This document shows positions 56,045 through 64,000 of a DNA stretch of 64,000 nt, in pieces. The notes beneath the pieces are model-generated. The model saw only the letters and a list, made by a program, of their open reading frames with translations. It made no database searches and was not told the DNA's origin. The translations under genes and the position numbers were made by a program. The stretch's first letter is position 1. Every line of letters starts with the position of its first letter. Source of the DNA: Neoechinorhynchus agilis (lineage: Eukaryota > Animalia > Acanthocephala); assembly GCA_051530055.1 (NCBI GenBank), contig CM121341.1, positions 9,154,784-9,218,783 of the forward strand. Reading direction: 5' to 3'.

Positions 56045-59000
56045 AAACATTAAAGAGCTTTCGTCATGGTTTTAGAATTATATGTTTATTCTTAAATGAT
56101 GTTTAAATTCTTTAAAATGATGTTCCTTGTCCACAAAACTGAAATGTTAGTGTATTTTCGGTTCATGGTCTTAGAATTAAATGTTTATTCTTAAATGATG
56201 TTTAAATTCTTTAAAATGATGTTCGTTGTCCACAAAACTGAAATTTTAGTTTATTTCGGTTCATGGTCATAGAATTAAATGTTTATTCTTAAATGATGTT
56301 TAAACTCTTTAAAATGATGTTCCTTGTCCACAAAACTGAAATTTTAGTTATTTTCGGTTCATGGTCTTAGAATTAAATGTTTATTCTTAAATGATGTTTA
56401 AACTCTTTAAAATGATGTTCCTTGTCCATAAAACTGAAATTTAGTTATTTCGCTTCATGGTCTCAGAATAAAATGTTTATTCTTAAATGACGTTAAAACT
56501 CTTTAAAATGATTTTCCTTGTCCACAAAACTGAAATTTTAGTTAATTTCGGTTCATGGTCATAGAATTAAATGTTTATTCTTAAATGATGTTTAAACTCT
56601 TTAAAATGATGTTCCTTGTCCACAAAACTGAAATTTTAGTTTATTTTCGGTTCATGGTCTTAGAATTAAATGTTTATTCTTAAATGACGTTAAAACTCTT
56701 TAAAATGATTTTCCTTGTCCACAAAACTGAAATTTTAGTTAATTTCGGTTCATGGTCATAGAATTAAATGTTTATTCTTAAATGATGTTCAAACTCTTTA
56801 AATTGATGTTCCTTGTCCACAAAACTGAAATTTTAGTTTATTTTCGGTTCATGGTCTTAGAATTAAATGTTTATTCTTAAATGACGTTAAAACTCTTTAA
56901 AATGATGTTCCTTGTCCATAAAACTGAAATTTTAGTTTATTTTCGCTTCATGGTCTCAGAATTAAATGTTTATTCTTCAATGATGTTTTAACTCTTTAAA
57001 ATGACGTTCGTTTTCCATAAAACTGAAATTTGCTTCATGGTCTTAGAATTAAATGTTTATTCTTAAATGATGTTAAAACTCTTTAAAATGATGTTCGTTT
57101 TACATAAAACTGAAATTTTAGTTTATTTTCGCTTCATGGTCTTAGAATTAAATGTTTATTCTTAAATGATGTTTAAACTCATTAAAATGATGTTCCTTGT
57201 CCATAAAACTGAAATTTTAGTTTATTTTCGCTTCATGGTCTCAGAATTAAATGTTTATTCTCAAATAATGTTTAAACTCTTTAAAATGATGTTCGTTGTC
57301 CACAAAACTGAAATTTTAGTGTATTTTCGCTTCATGGTCTTTGAATTAAATGTTTATTCTTAAATAACGTTAAAACTCTTTAAAATGATTTTCCTTGTCC
57401 ACAAAACTGAAATTTTAGTTAATTTCGGTTCATGGTCATAGAATTAAATGTTTGTTCTTAAATGATGTTTAAACTCTTTAAAACGATGTTCGTTTTCCAT
57501 AAAACTGAAATTTTAGTTAGTCTTCTGTTCATGGTCTTAGATTTAAATGTTTATTCTTAAATGATGTTAACTCTTTAGAATGATGTTCCTTGCCCATAAA
57601 ATTGAAATTTTAGTTAATTTTCGGTTCATGGTCTTAAAATTGAATGTTTATTTTTAAATGATGTTTAAACTTTAAAATGATGTTCCTTGCCCTCAAAACT
57701 GAAATTTATGTTTATTTTCGCTTTATGGTCTTAGAATTAAATGTTTATTCTTAAATGATGTTTAAACTCTTTAAAATGATGTTGGTTTTCCATAAAACTG
57801 AAATTTTAGTTTATTTTCGCTTTATAGTCTTAGAATTAAATGTTTATTCTTAAATGATGTTTAAACTCTTTAAAATGATGTTCCTTGTCCACAAACTGAA
57901 ATTTTAGTTTATTTTCGGTTCTTGTTCTTAGAATTAAATGTTTATTCTTAAATGATGTTAAAACTCTTTAAAATGATGTTCCTTGTCCATAAAACTGAAA
58001 TTTTAGTTTTTTTCGCTTTATGGTCTTAGAATTAAATGTTTATTCTTAAATGATGTTTAAACTCTTTAAAATGATGTTCGTTGTCCACAAAACTGAAATT
58101 TTAGTTTATTTCGCTTCATGGTCTTAGAATTAAATGTTTATTCTTAAATGATGTTTAAACTCTTTAAAATGATGTTCCTTGTCCACAAAACTGAAATTTT
58201 AGTTTATTTTCGGTTCATGGTCTTAGAATTAAATGTTTATTCTTAAATGATGTTTAAACTCTTTAAAATGATGTTCGTTGTCCACAAAACTGAAATTTTA
58301 GTTTATTTCGGTTCATGGTCATAGAATTAAATGTTTATTCTTAAATGATGTTTAAACTCTTTAAAATGATGTTCCTTGTCCAAAAACTGAAATTTAGTTT
58401 ATTTTCGCTTCATGGTCTTAGAATTAAATGTTTATTCTTAAATGATGTTTAAACTCTTTAAAATGATGTTCGTTGTCCACAAAACTGAAATTTTAGTTTA
58501 TTTCGGTTCATGGTCTTAGAATTAAATGTTTATTCTTAAATGATGTTTAAACTCTTTAAAATGATGTTCCTTGTCCACAAAACTGAAATTTAGTTATTTT
58601 CGCTTCATGGTCTTAGAATTAAATGTTTATTCTTAAATGATGTTTAAACTCTTTAAAATGATGTTCGTTGTCCACAAAACTGAAATTTTAGTTTATTTTC
58701 GGTTCATGGTCTTAGAATTAAATGTTTATTCTTAAATGACGTAAACTCTTTAAAATGATTTCCTTGTCCACAAAACTGAAATTTTAGTTAATTTCGGTTC
58801 ATGGTCTAGAATTAAATGTTTATTCTTAAATATGTTTAAACTCTTTAAAATGATGTTCCTTGTCCATAAAACTGAAATTTAGTTTATTTTCGCTTTATGG
58901 TCTTAGAATTAAATGTTTATTCTTAAATGATGTTTAAACTCTTTAAAATGATGTTCCTTGTCCACAAAACTGAAATTTTAGTTTATTTTCGCTTCATGGT

Positions 59001-60075
59001 CTTAGAATTAAATGTTTATTCTTAAATGATGTTTAAACTCTTTAAAATGATGTTCCTTGTCCATAAAACTGAAATTTTAGTTTATTTTCGCTTTATGGTC
59101 TTAGAATTAAATGTTTATTCTTAAATGATGTTTAAACTCTTTAAAATGATGTTCCTTGTCCCAAAAACTGAAATTTTAGTTTATTTTCGGTTCATGGTCT
59201 TAGAATTAAATGTTTATTCTTAAATGATGTTAAAACTCTTTAAAATGATGTTCCTTGTCCATAAAACTGAAATTTTAGTTTATTTTCGCTTCATGGTCTT
59301 AGAATTAAATGTTTATTCTTAAATGATGTTTAAACTCTTTAAAATGATGTTCGTTGTCCACAAAACTGAAATTTTAGTTTATTTTCGCTTCATGGTCTTA
59401 GAATTAAATGTTTATTCTTAAATGATGTTTAAACTCTTTAAAATGATGTTCCTTGTCCACAAACTGAAATTTTAGTTTATTTTCGGTTCATGGTCTTAGA
59501 ATTAAATGTTTATTCTTAAATGATGTTTAAACTCTTTAAAATGATGTTCCTTGTCCATAAAACTGAAATTTAAGTTTATTTTCGCTTTATGGTCTTAGAA
59601 TTAAATGTTTATTCTTAAATGATGTTTAAACTCTTTAAAATGATGTTCGTTGTCCACAAAACTGAAATTTTAGTTTATTTTCGGTTCATGGTCTTAGAAT
59701 TAAATGTTTATTCTTAAATGATGTTTAAATTCTTTAAAATGATGTTCCTTGTCCATAAAACTGAAATTTTAGTTTATTTTCGCTTTATAGTCTTAGAATT
59801 AAATGTTTATTCTTAAATGATGTTTAAACTCTTTAAAATGATGTTCCTTGTCCCAAAAACTGAAATTTTAGTTTATTTTCGGTTCATGGTCTTAGAATTA
59901 AATGTTTATTCTTAAATGATGTTTAAATTCTTTAAAATGATGTTCGTTTTCCATAAAACTGAAATTTTAGTGTATTTTCGCTTCATGGTCTCAGAATTAA
60001 ATGTTTATTCTTAAATGATGTTTAAACTCTTTAAAATGATGTTCCTTGTCCCAAAAACTGAAATTTTAGTTTATT
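56045..60075. repeat. Satellite, ~99-bp unit, about 40 copies
   Basis: ttcatggtcttagaattaaatgtttattcttaaatgatgtttaaactctttaaaatgatgttccttgtccacaaaactgaaattttagtttattttcg repeated; the 33-aa periodicity of ORF 57166-57363 agrees. Confidence 0.97.
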
Positions 60076-61714
60076 TTGTCTTATAAGAAGACGGCGGTGT
60101 CCAGTAGCGCAAATCATGTTGCGAATGCGTTTCTTTGTGTTCTCCTTAAGTTCTATCCCACTGGCACGTGAGCAAAAAAGGAAAGCAATACAGAATGATA
60201 GTCGCGTTACGCAGAGCAACTTCTCGTTTAGTTGACACCGAGACATTCCCTCCAGACAGCAATGCGCTCGATGAGGTTGACTGTTGCCGTACGTCCATGA
60301 AACTCGCCCATTGTCGCAGTTAAACTCTAGTGCCATTTTATCATAATGTTCATTTTGCTGCTTCTCTTATTTACGTAGCCTAGAAATCGGATACAACGAG
60401 TCCGAGATTTGTTCTGGTTGAGTTTAGAGCTCTTAAATCGTCTTTTCTATGGTGTTTATTTAAGCACTTTTATGGGTTGAAAACAAATGTTTATTTTTCT
60501 TTGTTTTGCCACCCGGAGGGAGGTTTAAATTCACTTATTTATTTGCCCGATGCAAGGTGGAAAAACTAAAAAAAACCTCAAGAAGGATCAAAACTCCGTG
60601 ATATATGTTCAAAATAACGGTTTTAACTGTTTAAGGACAATTAAAAAACGATCCATTAAACGGTACTCTGATTTCGCTGGTACATGGTAGTAATCGCAAT
60701 TCTTAATGAAATGCTCTGATTAAACTGCGTTCTAGCACTAAACCGTGTAACATGGAGCAGATCTTGGTTAAGGCTAAAAATAAACGAAGTTATTGCTTCG
60801 AGAGGTCTCTTATTTTATAAATTTCATTAAGTTGAACATTAACGTGTTTGTAAAGTGTAAAATTCACATCTATTTTTTTTCTACATTATTTCGCCGCCTC
60901 CGCTAACATTAAAGCAACCTTTTCCCATTTACGTGAGACGTTGACAATCGAAAGCAACTCACTGTACGTTCGCTTATCGTTTAACAAAAACGTCCAAGTC
61001 TTAGTCGCTTCTTGCCGTAAGCATTTGCCTGAGTTTAGCGCAAATTCGTCGGTAACCCGCGCTCGATTAGTTCCGTGTTATCCCATTAACGAAACAACTT
61101 TATTACACGGTGAGATTGGCTCATTTGAAGTACTCGATGTCTCCAAGGTCTCTGTAGAATTCATGAGTGTTTCTTAGATGTGCGAAATCATCGATTCATT
61201 GCGCTGCTTTACGCGTTGGAAACTGTCGCTACTTTAAGTCGTTTTAGTTTGCTTTTTCTTTGTTGATGCCGGATTTTTGTATTGGATATCAGGAATCTGT
61301 TGAAGTCCAATCGTGATTTATCTCTTCGTGATATCAAAACACGAAATCATTCAACGCTAAGATAACCAAACTTCATTGGCGATTAAGCTTTAATGGAATC
61401 CGCATGCGAATATAAGGGTCGTAGTTTTTTATCAACTGGGATTCTTAAATAGACCAATTAACTTTATCATTTTAGTGGTAGATGAATGAAATTTGTTACG
61501 ACCTTTCGTGTAAAAAACAAAATTGAGTTCTATCTTTTTTTGTCCTTCGTGAATCTTTTTATGCCTTTCTAAAAAAGGTTGCTTGTAAGTTTTCTACGAT
61601 GATCGAGGCACAATTTTGTGCCGAAAACAATTGGAATCAATAAATTCCTTTAATTTTTTACGCCAGAAAACAACCAATTTGAACAATTCAATCTTCAAAC
61701 ACTTTTAGTATTTA

Positions 61715-62575
61715 ACGCAACTTTTTTTATAAATTAGAAAAGTGACACCTTTTTATTTTTTATGATTTAAAGCCTCGTTTTTAATACGGTATTTTAAATT
61801 TTTTACTTCAGAAATATAATTGATTAGAGAACGATTCGTGTATTTTAAAATCGTAATCAAAACTCTTAGATCCGCCAATTTATTATTTAAGGCAACTTTT
61901 TTTATAAATTAGAAAAGTGACACCTTTTTATTATTTTATGATCTAAAGGCTCGTTTTTAATACGGTATTTTAAATTTTTTACTTCAGAAATGTAATTGAT
62001 TAGAGAACGATTCGTGTATTTTAAAATCGTAATCAAAACTCTTAGATCCGCCAATTTATTATTTAAGGCAACTTTTTTTATAAATTAGAAAAGTGACACC
62101 TTTTTATTATTTTATGATCTAAAGGCTCGTTTTTAATACGGTATTTTAATTTTTTTACTTCAGAAATGTAATTGATTAGAGAACGATTCGTGTATTTTAA
62201 AATCGTAATCAAAACTCTTAGATCCGCCAATTTATTATTTAAGGCAACTTTTTTTATAAATTAGAAAAGTGACACCTTTTTATTATTTTATGATCTAAAG
62301 GCTCGTTTTAATACGGTATTTTAAATTTTTTACTTCAGAAATGTAATTGATTAGAGAACGATTCGTGTATTTTAAAATCGTAATCAAAACTCTTAGATCC
62401 GCCAATTTATTATTTAAGGTAACTTTTTTTATAAATTAGAAAAGTGACACCTTTTTATTATTTTATGATCTAAAGGCTCGTTTTTAATACGGTATTTTAA
62501 TTTTTTTACTTCAGAAATGTAATTGATTAGAGAACGATTCGTGTATTTTAAAATCGTAATCAAAACTCTTAGATT
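61715..62575. repeat. Tandem repeat, ~176-bp unit, about 5 copies
   Basis: aaattagaaaagtgacacc at 61731, 61906, 62082 and onward. Confidence 0.95.
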
Positions 62576-63279
62576 AACTTAATGTTCTCTTAATATTTTT
62601 TACAAATCACAAGTCGGTAATGGCTTCTTAGTGAATATGCGGATAATGCATTTTAGAAGTTTATTCGTTTTTTTAAAGGATGGATATTTTTAGTATATCA
62701 GATACTAAAAATATTAGCATCAGCGATTGATAGAGTTTGAACAGTGATAATACGAAAACAACGGGAATTTGTTTGCAATATTCGCTTAAGGATTCTCAAA
62801 TGGTGTGAAGGTCGTTCTTTTGCGTAGTCTCGCTCTCCAACGTGGCCATAGAAATGGATCGCGTTTCCTCAAAAGTAAAAAAGCAATTCTTAGTTCTATT
62901 CCTTTTGCATTGCCTTGAAAATGGGATATAAAACCTTAACATCTTTAGACTGTTCAATCTCTTTTAAAATGAAGACCGAGGCTACTATTCTGCTTTTAAT
63001 GTTAAGAAGGAAACTGAATGTTCTCGCAAAATTTCGTTGTTTTTCAAAATATTCATTCCCCTCAATTTATGTTTTACTAAAATCTCCTTGCGTAAAATGA
63101 GCTGTGTATATTCGCCGCTAAAATCGCGTTAAAACTTATTTTGTCGTGATTAAATTTCAATGGATTTTAACTCGATTTTTATTCTAATCGCTTTTTCTTA
63201 AGTGATCCGAAACCACTGATACCTTTTCATCTTAAATCGCTAAAGTACAAGTTATTTATTGAGAAGATGTGGACGCACA

Positions 63280-64000
63280 CAAGATTACGGCTCCGAAATA
63301 TCGGACTTAATAAATTCCCTTTCAATTTTTACGAATCATAAAAAAAACAACGATAGTTGCTAGTTTTCGACCCCGGTGTTTTAAATTCACTGATGATTTA
63401 TTTCCACGATATTTCACTTGTCGGATAATTCCGACATTCTAACAAAGTTTGTCATTGTAAATTAATCTAATGAACACTGGGAAAATGTCGGAATTATCCG
63501 ACAAGTGAAATATCGGTTAAATAAATCAGTAGTGAATTCTTTGATCCCCCGCGGGGTGGAAAACTAGCAACTATCATTGTTTTTTATGAGGCGTAAAAAT
63601 TGAAAGAGAATTTATTAAGTCAGATATTTCGGAAGCACACAAGATTACGGCTCCGAAATATCGGACTTAATAAATTCCCTTTCAATTTTTACGAATCATA
63701 AAAAAACAACGATAGTTGCTAGTTTTCGACCCCGGTGTTTTAAATTCACTGATGATTTATTTCCACGATATTTCACTTGTCGGATAATTCCGACATTCTA
63801 ACAAAGTTTGCCATTGTAAATTAATCTAATGAACACTGGGAAAATGTCGGAATTATCCGACAAGTGAAATATCGGTTAAATAAATCAGTAGTGAATTCTT
63901 TGATCCCCCGCGGGGTGGAAAACTAGCAACTATCATTGTTTTTTATGAGGCGTAAAAATTGAAAGGGAATTTATTAAGTCAGATATTTCGGAAGCACACA
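63280..64000. repeat. Tandem array of a ~360-bp foldback (MITE-like) element, 2 copies plus the start of a third
   Basis: Each unit opens tccgaaatatcggacttaataaattccctttcaatttttacg and closes cgtaaaaattgaaag.gaatttattaagtcagatatttcgga, with inner arms (ttgctagtttt/aaaactagcaa; gatatttcacttgtcggataattccgacat and its reverse complement). Confidence 0.92.

Noticed and set aside
57166-57363. ORFs inside repeats (also 7569-7766, 17001-17201, 24854-25255)
   Set aside because: They are translations of satellite or low-complexity DNA.
51855-60075. CRISPR-like arrays
   Set aside because: These are contiguous tandem repeats without unique spacers, in a eukaryotic context with no cas genes.
60080-61340. 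Possible exons after the satellite and a long minus frame at 60.9-61.3 kb
   Set aside because: No recognisable domain; several in-frame TAA stops; both strands are partly open, so a coding strand cannot be assigned.

Overview
AT-rich eukaryotic DNA from an invertebrate animal with compact genes and very short GT-AG introns (about 21-60 nt where I could resolve them). I cannot name the species from sequence alone. Recognisable host genes: the 5' part of UNC80, IPMK, two tandem ferritins, an RNF212/Zip3-type RING gene, two di-ubiquitin-like genes plus a fragment, a multi-exon coiled-coil gene, an intronless 7-repeat protocadherin, intronless TAF1, CCDC86, PGAM5 and an orphan 4-TM ORF. The remainder is tandem repeats, foldback elements and retroelement debris (RTE, CRE-like, CR1/L2-like, Gypsy, R2/NeSL-like, probable Penelope-like). 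The most striking signal is a dispersed tRNA-headed SINE-like family (copies near 8.6, 21.9, 22.2, 22.4, 23.7 and 42.8 kb). It carries all hammerhead-ribozyme core motifs and three complementary stems, but in a non-canonical strand order (GAAA strand, then CUGAUGA strand, then cleavage strand) that is not a circular permutation of types I-III. One copy lies just upstream of a decayed twister ribozyme and RTE LINE, and is flanked by a 110-bp direct repeat with an HDV-like fold on the opposite strand. No ribozyme activity is demonstrated; all folds were derived by eye.
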